Shown: positions 38,344-47,249 of the stretch, one piece after another
Position numbering within the stretch: the stretch's first letter is position 1
Layout of the letters: the number at the start of each line of letters is the position of its first letter
IMG/VR virus record: IMGVR_UViG_3300009008_000050
Span: 1-52,950 of that record
Direction: 5' to 3' (one strand)
Length of the DNA: 52,950 bases
Source: a virus
Lineage: Duplodnaviria; Caudoviricetes
Program-made: the position numbers and the translations under genes
The notes under the pieces: model-generated
Told to the model about the DNA's origin: nothing
The model's input: the letters and a program-made list of their open reading frames with translations, nothing else
Database searches by the model: none

Positions 38344-39054
38344 ATGAAAAAAAATATTATTATTACAACCTACTTTACAACAAAAAAAGATCCCCAGCGC
38401 AAAAGGAAAGTTGAGCCAAATAATTTTAATTATATAAAAAGTTGGTATAATAGCATAAAAAAACTAGGATTAAATGGTATTATTATTCACGATGACTTAA
38501 GCGATGAATTTGTTGAAAAATATACTTCGCCAAAAATTAAATTTAATTACTATCCAAACAAGAGCAGGCGATCTACAAATGACGAGAGATTTGTTGCTTA
38601 CTATAAATTTCTCAAAGAGAGAAAAGATATAGCAAATATTTTTCTAACAGACTTACATGATATTACTTTTTTAAAAAATCCTTTTCAATTAATAGATGAC
38701 AAAAAGTACGATTTGTATGCCGGAGACGATAAAGGGATTAAAATTATGAATAGTAGTTTTATGAAAAAAAGAATGACAAGGGCTTATGGAAAGGTTTTGT
38801 ATAAAAAAGAGACCAAATTAATTGCGGGAATTATTGGCGGGTCTTATAAAAATATAATGAAACTATTAGATCAAATAATATTAGATTTACAGGATTTACA
38901 AAAAAAGAAAATTTTCAGCAATCTCAATATGGGCATTTTTAACAAGTGCGCTTATCAGTTGTTTGGGCCCGAAAGAATAATGTATGGCGAGCCACTTAAC
39001 AGCAAGTTCAAAAGACGTCAAAAAACTGGCAATTTTTGTATCAGACATAAGTGA
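38344..39054 (+). CDS. Putative GT-A fold glycosyltransferase
   Basis: FLTDLHDITFLKNPF (TDxxD..f..NPF) motif; ATG 38344 directly follows the upstream stop. Confidence 0.55.
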   Translation: MKKNIIITTYFTTKKDPQRKRKVEPNNFNYIKSWYNSIKKLGLNGIIIHDDLSDEFVEKYTSPKIKFNYYPNKSRRSTNDERFVAYYKFLKERKDIANIFLTDLHDITFLKNPFQLIDDKKYDLYAGDDKGIKIMNSSFMKKRMTRAYGKVLYKKETKLIAGIIGGSYKNIMKLLDQIILDLQDLQKKKIFSNLNMGIFNKCAYQLFGPERIMYGEPLNSKFKRRQKTGNFCIRHK

Positions 39055-39055
39055 A

Positions 39056-39649
39056 ATGATTAATTATAAAGATAAATATATTTTTGTTAGGGTACCGCGC
39101 ACGGCCTCGCGAGCTATTTCTAGTATTTTAGATTGTCCTTTTCTGACACACACTCCGATTGAAAAACTAAAGACAAAAAAAACGAAAAACTTTTTTTCTT
39201 TTGTGTTTGTTCGCAATCCTTGGGATCGTTTAGTTTCATCATTTTTTTATTTAAAAAAAGGTGGGCTCCAAACCAAAGGGGACTTAAAACGAAAAAAAAT
39301 ATTTATTGATTCTTGCAATGGAGATTTTTCAATTTTTGTACATAAATTTTTTAAAAACAACGACGAGAAAAACCTCGTAGCCCAAAGCCCTATTAACCCC
39401 GTGCATTTTAGACATCAAGGACACTGGCTTAATATTAATGGTGTATTGGCAGTAGACTATGTCGGAAGATTTGAAAATATAAACAAAGATTGGGAATATA
39501 TTTCAACTATAATAAAAAATAAAAACGAATTAAAAAAGACAAATTCATCGGAGCATTGTTTCTATAAAAAACATTATGATAAAGAAACAAAAGAAATCGT
39601 CGGAAAATTTTATGCCAATGATGTGCTACAGTTTGGATATGTTTTTTAG
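39056..39649 (+). CDS. Sulfotransferase (Sulfotransfer_2-like)
   Basis: 5'PSB-like IFVRVPRTASRAI, 3'PB FVRNPWDRLVSSF, HFRHQ, VGRFENI. Confidence 0.85.
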   Translation: MINYKDKYIFVRVPRTASRAISSILDCPFLTHTPIEKLKTKKTKNFFSFVFVRNPWDRLVSSFFYLKKGGLQTKGDLKRKKIFIDSCNGDFSIFVHKFFKNNDEKNLVAQSPINPVHFRHQGHWLNINGVLAVDYVGRFENINKDWEYISTIIKNKNELKKTNSSEHCFYKKHYDKETKEIVGKFYANDVLQFGYVF

Positions 39650-39655
39650 GATGAA

Positions 39656-40084
39656 ATGAAACTATATACAGAGGATAGCCAAATTCAATATTTTGCAGAT
39701 AAGCACTATAAAGGTAGGCGCAAGGGGACAAGCCTGAAAGAACGGCTATGTGGAATGGATAAAGTATTTACACTTATAGATAAAAATGATACCATTTTAG
39801 ATATCGGGTGAGCAGAGGGTTTAATTTTGAATAGATTTGGTGATTTTACGCTAGGCAAAAAGGTTGGATTAGATTTGCAGAAACTTTCAATAAAACTTGC
39901 AAAATCTAAATTCCCGCATTTAATTGATGATAAAATAATTTCTTATATAGGCAATCCCAATGGGAAAACACCGCCAAATACCAATGTCAGAATTTTACAC
40001 CTCAAATCAGATACCTATGCAAAGGAGATAAAAGACCGCCTAAATATGCCATTTGCAAAGAAGTATGTGGAAAAATATTTATGA
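39656..40084 (+). pseudogene. SAM-dependent methyltransferase-like gene interrupted by an in-frame TGA
   Basis: Frame from ATG 39656 reads ...DTILDIG*AEG...VGLD; TGA at 39809-39811 lies within motif I. Confidence 0.7.
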
Positions 40085-40677
40085 TCGCCATATGTATACC
40101 GACCTGGAACAGAAAAAAATTTACCGAAGAATGTCTTGAATCATTTAAAAAGTTTACTAATTTTGATTTAGTAACTAAAGTTATCATATATGATAATAAT
40201 TCATCTGACGGAACCCTAGGCATTGTGAAGAACAGTGGTATAAATTACAAAACAGGAAATTACCCTGGGGCCTGGGTGGGGTTTAATGAACTGTTTAAAG
40301 ACATAAAAAAAGTCCCTTCAATTAAATATATTGGAAAAGTTGATAATGATGTTGAATTTACACAGCCTTGGATAGAAGAAATCATCGAGGAGTTTGAAAA
40401 AAGGAAAAAACTTGGAAGTATTCGCTATGGGCTCTCAAGTAGCAATGGGGGCACGCATCCATTTGAAAGCGGAGGATATCATGGCGGCCTAAAGATTTTT
40501 AGAAAAGATGTTGTTGTTCCCATAAAAGGAAAGGGACGTTGTGGCTCTAATCCAATTAGTGATAATATACAAAAGAAAAATATGACAATGGGGACATTAG
40601 GTGTTGGAATCCGTATGTTGGATAAAAAATATCCATACTTAGCAAAAGAATACAAGGGGGAAAAATGGCAAAGGTGA
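40081..40677 (+). CDS. Glycosyltransferase family 2
   Basis: ICIPTWNR, YDNNSSDGT, KVDND. Confidence 0.85.
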   Translation: MIAICIPTWNRKKFTEECLESFKKFTNFDLVTKVIIYDNNSSDGTLGIVKNSGINYKTGNYPGAWVGFNELFKDIKKVPSIKYIGKVDNDVEFTQPWIEEIIEEFEKRKKLGSIRYGLSSSNGGTHPFESGGYHGGLKIFRKDVVVPIKGKGRCGSNPISDNIQKKNMTMGTLGVGIRMLDKKYPYLAKEYKGEKWQR

Positions 40678-41354
40678 AGCACCTTATTCTAACAAAATTC
40701 AACATCCCCATGTTTAAAAACAAAGATGGCGCTAGTGAAAAATGGATGAAAGATCGATTTAAAATATTTAACGCGGCTTGTTACCCATCAATAACCAATC
40801 AAATAAATCAGAATTTTCAATGGCTTGTATTTTTTGACCCAAAAACAAAACCAAGGTGGAGAGATAAAATTAAAGAATATAAGAGGATAACACCCATTTT
40901 CTGTGACTGGAAAGATAGATATAAAGAAATTAGCAAAAAAACAGAAGGTTATGACCATCTTATAACAACTAGACTTGACAATGACGACGCCTTGGAAGAA
41001 AGAAGTATTGAGGCCATACAAAGAGAATTCAAAAGCCAAAAATATCAATATCTAAACTTTAGAAAAGTATTAATAACCAATGGTAAAAAAATTAAACTTA
41101 GTAACGAGCCATCCAATCCATTCATTACCTTAATTGAAACACGCCCATTTAAAACTGTATGGTATCTTCAGCACGGGCAAATTAAAAGAGAGCGGGCAAC
41201 AAAACAAATCGAAAATATGTATATGGGACTAAGAATAATTCACCAGGATAATGTGAGCAATCAATTTATAGGAAAAATGTTAAATATTGATATTAAGGAG
41301 ACTCTTTCTAAATTTAATATTAAACATGGGAAATTAATAGATGCTATCCAATGA
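40665..41354 (+). CDS. Putative rhamnosyltransferase-like glycosyltransferase
   Basis: HLILTKFN, PSITNQINQNFQWLVFFD, TTRLDNDDA. Confidence 0.75.
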   Translation: MAKVKHLILTKFNIPMFKNKDGASEKWMKDRFKIFNAACYPSITNQINQNFQWLVFFDPKTKPRWRDKIKEYKRITPIFCDWKDRYKEISKKTEGYDHLITTRLDNDDALEERSIEAIQREFKSQKYQYLNFRKVLITNGKKIKLSNEPSNPFITLIETRPFKTVWYLQHGQIKRERATKQIENMYMGLRIIHQDNVSNQFIGKMLNIDIKETLSKFNIKHGKLIDAIQ

Positions 41355-43434
41355 TATAATAGTTTCTTTGGTTGTTCCAATGGGGCCTAATGACTCAAGA
41401 CATTTTGCCATTATGTTACAGACTCTTGAACACCAAACCGCGAAAAAATTTGAAGTGATTGGGGTTGTTGACGGAGGGGACGAAGAAAAAATACGAAAGC
41501 AAGCAAAAGATCTCAATTTGTCTTTCCCTTGTAGGGTTATTAAGTCCCCTAGATTATCTAGAACAGATCTCCCGCACCGCAATCACGCAAGAAATGCAGG
41601 ATGCAAAGTAGCCAAATCTCCACTCATTTGGATAATAGATGTTGACCAAATTATTTCATCTAATGCTATTGAGCAAATAGGAAAAGAACAAAAAAAGGAC
41701 CTAAAAAACAAAACTCCTAGTATTTATGTTATTCCTTTGTTTGACGTAAGTTTATCTCCTCGGCAGTGGGTAAGTTATTACAAAGATTGGGAAAAAAGCA
41801 AAAAATCCATTCAGTCTCTTTTTGACTCTGTAAAGAAAGACGGAGCCGGCTTTGGGCGTTTAGGGAAATATTATCGGGAAAACGGGGATACCGTTAATAT
41901 AAAAAAAATACAAGAAAATATGCCTATTATTCCCAATCAACTTTTCGAAGCTCTTAAGGGCTTTGATGAGTCTTTCCTCGGATGGGGAGGGAATAAACAC
42001 GAATTTTGCACAAGACTAGAGGCTTTGGCGCAGAAAGAAATAATAACAATGAAAATTATAAAATCCGCACGGCTTTTGCATCAAGCACACATTCAAGATA
42101 AAACCAAAACAAACAAAAAGCACAGAGAAAAAAATTCTCGTAAGCTCAACACAAAAAAAAAAGATATGAAAAATAATGCACCATGGTGGATAGATCAGGT
42201 CAACAACGCCAAGAAGACAATTGACAGTGTTTTTGGTAATTTTACGACCATTGTCATCCCTGATATGTGCTCCGAAATCTACAAAGAACTAGGCGATGCC
42301 GATGTAATTGCCATTAATTCAACCCTTCGCAAGCCCCACGATAATCTAACACTTCTACGCACCGCACCTCACCTTACAGAGATGGATCAGCTTGCGCTTG
42401 CTATACCCTACGCTGAGTCTGGGCGATTAGTCATAGTGCGCCCGGGCAAGAGGCCCTCGGCGGAAGAAATACTTTCTGCAACAACGACTACTAGTAACGT
42501 AATCTGCATATCAAAATACCGCCTTGCCGAATTAGGCAATTACCCTTCATATATATCAACCTTTGATGACCTTGCTCAGGTTTTAAGTGATGGCACTCAG
42601 TTTTTAAGCAGCACCCCATATCGCCAACGCTTGCCAGAAATTTCCGCATTTCGTCCGGCTATCCTAAAGAGGAAGCCTAAGATATCTCTTGGTATAATCA
42701 CATTTAATCGTAAGGGCATATTAAAAAAAGCGCTAGACTCCCTCCGAGAAAGTATGCGCCCCGATCTATTTGAGTACGATGTGTTTATAGTAGACGACGG
42801 ATCTACCGATGGGACGGTTGAATTTCTTAAGGGACAGGAATTCCCATGGGAGGCCTTTAAACGCGGCGGCGTACATCGACAGAGTAATCGTATTCTTAAA
42901 CACTTTAACGGTAATGTAGAATATGGCTTTCTTTGTAATGACGATCTTACCTATAAAGAGGGTTGGGAAGAAGCATATATTGCCGCAATGAAGCATACCC
43001 CTTACGAACATATTGTCTATATGGATCATGGATTTGAAAACAAACTTCGCAGCGGAAGTCTCAAAACCCCGCAGGATATTAAAATCTTCGATGGCGTACC
43101 GCTGGTATGCTGGCGCACAAATCGCATACAGGGGGTCTTGCTTACGTTTACACAAAAAAGCATTGATAAAATCGGCGGAATGGATGCGGCAAACCTTGGT
43201 CTTTGTGGGCATGGGCATGTAGATTATACATTACGTAATATCAAGGCAGGGATGGCGCCTGGGAGCAAGTCTACCTCAACGGGTGTTTATGATGTAATGG
43301 GGAGTAATAATGTCTTAAGGCTCACCTTGGCACCCCACGCCGCGCCGGGAAGGCCGGGTTCACAAAAGTCAGCATCATATTTTAACAAGGTTAAAAATAA
43401 GACAGGACGAATAAAGGTGGGGATGGTAACATGA
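41341..43434 (+). CDS. Two-domain glycosyltransferase family 2
   Basis: Domain 1 VVDGG, ARNAG, IDVD, GFDESFLGWGG; domain 2 ITFNR, VDDGSTDGT, CNDD, IGGMD. Confidence 0.85.
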   Translation: MLSNDIIVSLVVPMGPNDSRHFAIMLQTLEHQTAKKFEVIGVVDGGDEEKIRKQAKDLNLSFPCRVIKSPRLSRTDLPHRNHARNAGCKVAKSPLIWIIDVDQIISSNAIEQIGKEQKKDLKNKTPSIYVIPLFDVSLSPRQWVSYYKDWEKSKKSIQSLFDSVKKDGAGFGRLGKYYRENGDTVNIKKIQENMPIIPNQLFEALKGFDESFLGWGGNKHEFCTRLEALAQKEIITMKIIKSARLLHQAHIQDKTKTNKKHREKNSRKLNTKKKDMKNNAPWWIDQVNNAKKTIDSVFGNFTTIVIPDMCSEIYKELGDADVIAINSTLRKPHDNLTLLRTAPHLTEMDQLALAIPYAESGRLVIVRPGKRPSAEEILSATTTTSNVICISKYRLAELGNYPSYISTFDDLAQVLSDGTQFLSSTPYRQRLPEISAFRPAILKRKPKISLGIITFNRKGILKKALDSLRESMRPDLFEYDVFIVDDGSTDGTVEFLKGQEFPWEAFKRGGVHRQSNRILKHFNGNVEYGFLCNDDLTYKEGWEEAYIAAMKHTPYEHIVYMDHGFENKLRSGSLKTPQDIKIFDGVPLVCWRTNRIQGVLLTFTQKSIDKIGGMDAANLGLCGHGHVDYTLRNIKAGMAPGSKSTSTGVYDVMGSNNVLRLTLAPHAAPGRPGSQKSASYFNKVKNKTGRIKVGMVT

Positions 43435-43976
43435 GAAGCAAAAGGTCTATAACTACGAAAAATAGACCCGCTAAAGCAAAGAAGGCAAAGCACTCAAGAG
43501 CGCTTATTCCTAAGGGTAGCGCACATAATAAACGACGTGCAAGGGCCAAAGGTCTTCGTATATTTTCAGCATCACATAACAAGCCTGTGCCCAGGCCAAG
43601 CCGCCACTCATCTTCCTCTAAATATAGTTTTGACACAAAGCGCGTGCGCGGATTAAGTATACCTGTTTTAATGTCAGAATTTAATATTAAAGAGATCGAC
43701 GCCCTAGACTATGACGTGTCTATAATGCTAACTGGCAGCAAGTTACCTAAGCACCCTTCGGTAATCGGCTGTGTTGCTACCACGGGCGACTATGTGCAGC
43801 CTTTCTTAGAATCCGTATATTCTTCTATAGCGATTATAGGCAGCCCACCTGAAGAGGCGACTATAGACGCATTTGAGAAAAGCGATAATGACTACCAAGA
43901 AATCCCGGGTGGTTATTTAGTCAAGCCGGGTAGACCTGGCTTACCTTTGACAAAATTTGCAGAGATATTAGATTAG
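43431..43976 (+). CDS. Hypothetical protein with a highly basic N-terminus
   Basis: ATGA overlap; fills the operon gap. Confidence 0.6.
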   Translation: MRSKRSITTKNRPAKAKKAKHSRALIPKGSAHNKRRARAKGLRIFSASHNKPVPRPSRHSSSSKYSFDTKRVRGLSIPVLMSEFNIKEIDALDYDVSIMLTGSKLPKHPSVIGCVATTGDYVQPFLESVYSSIAIIGSPPEEATIDAFEKSDNDYQEIPGGYLVKPGRPGLPLTKFAEILD

Positions 43977-43994
43977 GGGGGGGAAGGAGATACA

Positions 43995-44339
43995 ATGAAT
44001 GTACATGCAATAATTACAAATCCCGTAGTAAAACAAGGCAGCGCGCCCGATCTTGAGATTATACTCTATGACGACGATGGACTTAGAATAGACCTTGACA
44101 CCGCGGAAGCTGTTTCTGTTATTTTTAAGCGCTGGCATGCTAGCGATACTGCGATTATAAATCAGCTTTGTGAAATAACTGATTCTACAAGAGGTGAGTG
44201 CGTAATTCCTTTGCTAGAAGAAGACACTAGTGCATTTGAGTTAGGCCGTTTCTTTGGGGAGATTCAGGTTGACTTTAGCGATGGTGTAATCGAGCGAACG
44301 GAAGATCTCGTTCTATGGGTCAAAAAATCGGTTAGATGA
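43995..44339 (+). CDS. BppU N-terminal-like Ig-fold structural protein
   Basis: KQG..P.L...L.D.DG..IDL...G.F.GEIQV.F.DG pattern; AAGGAG RBS. Confidence 0.6.
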   Translation: MNVHAIITNPVVKQGSAPDLEIILYDDDGLRIDLDTAEAVSVIFKRWHASDTAIINQLCEITDSTRGECVIPLLEEDTSAFELGRFFGEIQVDFSDGVIERTEDLVLWVKKSVR

Positions 44340-45508
44340 AAGGCATACGCTTTTTAAAGGCTAACCCCAAAGTCATAATGAAATCGCAATTCGATCTCGT
44401 AGGGGAACATCTTTGGTTTCCCGACTTCCTTAAAAGCGCGCTAGTCAATAACATAGCGCACAAACACCCCGATCAATTAGTGGATTTAGAAGTAATTGAG
44501 CCCACTGTCCCTCGCTATAATGGCGAAGAATTACACGGAAAGCATCTTGGCGTAGCTCGCACGGGTGGCGCCGGGGACATTATAATGATAGGCGCATCCC
44601 TGCAAAAGCTTAAGAAACTCTACCCAACCTGCGAGATCACCTTCATGACAGACGCTAAATACGCTCAGGTAGCCGAAGCTGTTACCGCCGTCGATGGCGT
44701 TGCCACATATCCCGTAAGAGAAGAAGTACACACTACCTTCGATTACTGGACAGACTTCGTTGGGTCGATAGAAGCGCCCTCTTGGGATGCGCGTAATATA
44801 CACGGAATTGATTTATTTGCAGGCCTAATGAGTGTTAAACTCAACGACGACGAGAAGTTACCACATCTTTCGGTACCCTTCGAGGCGCAGAAAAGAGCAG
44901 ACGCTCGTTTAAAGTCAATAGGCTGCGAAGGCAAGAATCTCATTGCTGTGCAATTCAGAGCAACTAACGTGAATCGCTGTTTTGATCAAGAAAAGATGAT
45001 TAACATAATCGCCGGACTTGCTGCTAAAACAGAAGATGCACACATTATAATCATGGGCGGAAAGCGTACCGTGATGGATAAAGACAATAATAAAACAAAA
45101 GAAAGAGATTGCCCTATAGACTTTTTCACAAACATAGGTGGAAAAAAGATGAAGCACCCTCAGATCCACAATCTAACCGGGCAGACGGACTGGCTTGAGT
45201 CAATGGCGATTCTCTCAAAATGCAAACTTGCACTTGGTCCAGACAGCAGTATAGTACATATTGCAGGGAGCATGAAAATACCCTGCTTGGGTATTTACGG
45301 TCCCTTCCCAGCCAGGATTAGGACGACGTACTACCCGGAATGCGAGACTATTGAGTCAAATTACAAATGCGCGCCATGTTTCTCACATGGATCGATGCCT
45401 TGTTCTCATATGGATCGCAAAAGAATGGTAGCCCCCTGCTGGGAGGAAATAACTGCTGATATGATAATCGATAAGGCTCAATCAATGTATACGAAAGGAC
45501 AAACATGA
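44336..45508 (+). CDS. Glycosyltransferase family 9 (heptosyltransferase-like)
   Basis: RTGGAGDII, NLTGQT, GPDSSIVHIAGSMKIPCLGIYGP, C-terminal Cys cluster. Confidence 0.88.
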   Translation: MKGIRFLKANPKVIMKSQFDLVGEHLWFPDFLKSALVNNIAHKHPDQLVDLEVIEPTVPRYNGEELHGKHLGVARTGGAGDIIMIGASLQKLKKLYPTCEITFMTDAKYAQVAEAVTAVDGVATYPVREEVHTTFDYWTDFVGSIEAPSWDARNIHGIDLFAGLMSVKLNDDEKLPHLSVPFEAQKRADARLKSIGCEGKNLIAVQFRATNVNRCFDQEKMINIIAGLAAKTEDAHIIIMGGKRTVMDKDNNKTKERDCPIDFFTNIGGKKMKHPQIHNLTGQTDWLESMAILSKCKLALGPDSSIVHIAGSMKIPCLGIYGPFPARIRTTYYPECETIESNYKCAPCFSHGSMPCSHMDRKRMVAPCWEEITADMIIDKAQSMYTKGQT

Positions 45509-46629
45509 ACGTAAGAGGAATTATCCTGGATGCGTATGACATGCTTAGTGCGAAGCAGATCTCGTCGGAAGACATGCAAAAAGTGGCGCTGGACCACAAA
45601 GAAAGTGTACACACACAAGAGGACATCTACCGCCAAATAGATCGTGACTTCGGTCTTATTCTTGTCTTTAAAAACGGCGACAAATTGAGGAAGTTCCCTC
45701 TTAATTCAAAAACAAACGTGACTTTCAGCATGAATGCTTTCAAGAAGAATAAGCATAAGCTGCCCGATGCTGCGAAAAGAATGACAGCCGTACGCATAGT
45801 TGCCGCTTGTGAGCGTTATGCTATGGATTGTGATGAAGATATTAAGGCAATTGCCAAGGGCGCAATTGACGACGGTAATTATTATCATGTAAGCGAAGAT
45901 ATGATGAATATGCTTAGCGGGCTTGCTGATATAAAAGACGAGAAAAAGACAGATGACGCAACCGCGCCGAACGAGGTTAAAGAAGCCGAATGGGGCATAA
46001 ACGAGACTATTAATGGCGTCTCTGTGCGCAAGTTTCCTCTTCGTACCCAAGAACAGGTAGAGAAGGCGCTAGGAAGATTCCCGAAGACAGCTTCTAGGCT
46101 TCTTGCTAAATATGCATTCAACCTTGCTGATAATATAAAGAAGAAGGCTGAGATACTTAACGTAGTCGTCCCCAAGGATTCGCTAGTTAATCAGTATACG
46201 AGCGATGCATATTCTCCGCTTTTCAAAATGGCTATGCGGGCTAGGATTGCTTATTCAAATGCTAAGAAGAGTAGCCCGGGCCCGTATATGTCATTGCTTG
46301 CAAAGACATCTAATCTCGCCCCAAGAGATGCTGCTGTAATTCTCGAAGGCATCGATATGGACCAGGCGTTTCATCACCGCTATGGCACATCTTTCCCAAG
46401 CGCAGTTAATAGCGTAATGGACAAGACGGCTAAAGAATTTAGCACGGGCGATGCTATGGTTGACATGAGCCGCCTGAGAGAAGCCATCGTCAATCATAGA
46501 CATGTATTCGAAGAGCATTTTGAGAAAGATCTGCTTGACGGCCTCGAAAGAAATACCGACACCGTATTTAAATCCCTCCCCGCGCCGGTAAGGCAGCTCA
46601 TTGGTAGGATTCTTAATACGCTGTCATGA
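45505..46629 (+). CDS. Hypothetical head-region protein with two RKFPL repeat domains
   Basis: LRKFPLNSKTNV...F and VRKFPLRTQEQV...F; several K-x-A motifs. Confidence 0.7.
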   Translation: MNVRGIILDAYDMLSAKQISSEDMQKVALDHKESVHTQEDIYRQIDRDFGLILVFKNGDKLRKFPLNSKTNVTFSMNAFKKNKHKLPDAAKRMTAVRIVAACERYAMDCDEDIKAIAKGAIDDGNYYHVSEDMMNMLSGLADIKDEKKTDDATAPNEVKEAEWGINETINGVSVRKFPLRTQEQVEKALGRFPKTASRLLAKYAFNLADNIKKKAEILNVVVPKDSLVNQYTSDAYSPLFKMAMRARIAYSNAKKSSPGPYMSLLAKTSNLAPRDAAVILEGIDMDQAFHHRYGTSFPSAVNSVMDKTAKEFSTGDAMVDMSRLREAIVNHRHVFEEHFEKDLLDGLERNTDTVFKSLPAPVRQLIGRILNTLS

Positions 46630-47249
46630 AAAGTATTTTAACCCTATTAGTTAATACCGAAAGCACGCCTGCACAGCTCCTCGCTGCAATGAATGAAGCG
46701 TTTGGCGAGGGTTGGCTTAAGTGGGAGCCGGCAACGATTAGGGCTGAATTAGAAGATATTGGCTTTGATTTTAACACGCTTCCCAGGGGTTCGTGGGACA
46801 AACTAATGGCAACCAAGGCTGCCTTTATGAACAACGCCCCCTGGAAGGACTGGACGGCTTTTCTCACCTTCGCACAGGCGATGAATAATTACCAGGTAGA
46901 CTTTAATGTCGCCAGGGTATGCTCGCCGGCGGAGGCTGCGTGGACAGTTGAGTGCTTAAAGCTAATTCGCCCCGACGAGAAGTTTTCTCGCGAGGTGCAG
47001 GCGATGATAGGGTCAATTTTTCTTAGCAATGGTATTGTAGTTCCCCCGGCGGGATTAGAGCTCGTTAAAGATGAGATGAAAGAAATGCAAGACAAGACAA
47101 TGGCTATGGATGAATTTACAAAAATAGCTGAAGAGCGTTATACTCTACATAGAAGTCAGAGCACCGCGCCCGAGGGCGACTCTGCATTAGATATACACAC
47201 AACGAAACTCTTAGCAATAGATGAATATATAAGGAGCAAGAATGGCTGA
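46626..47249 (+). CDS. Hypothetical protein
   Basis: Overlap-coupled to both neighbours. Confidence 0.75.
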   Translation: MKSILTLLVNTESTPAQLLAAMNEAFGEGWLKWEPATIRAELEDIGFDFNTLPRGSWDKLMATKAAFMNNAPWKDWTAFLTFAQAMNNYQVDFNVARVCSPAEAAWTVECLKLIRPDEKFSREVQAMIGSIFLSNGIVVPPAGLELVKDEMKEMQDKTMAMDEFTKIAEERYTLHRSQSTAPEGDSALDIHTTKLLAIDEYIRSKNG

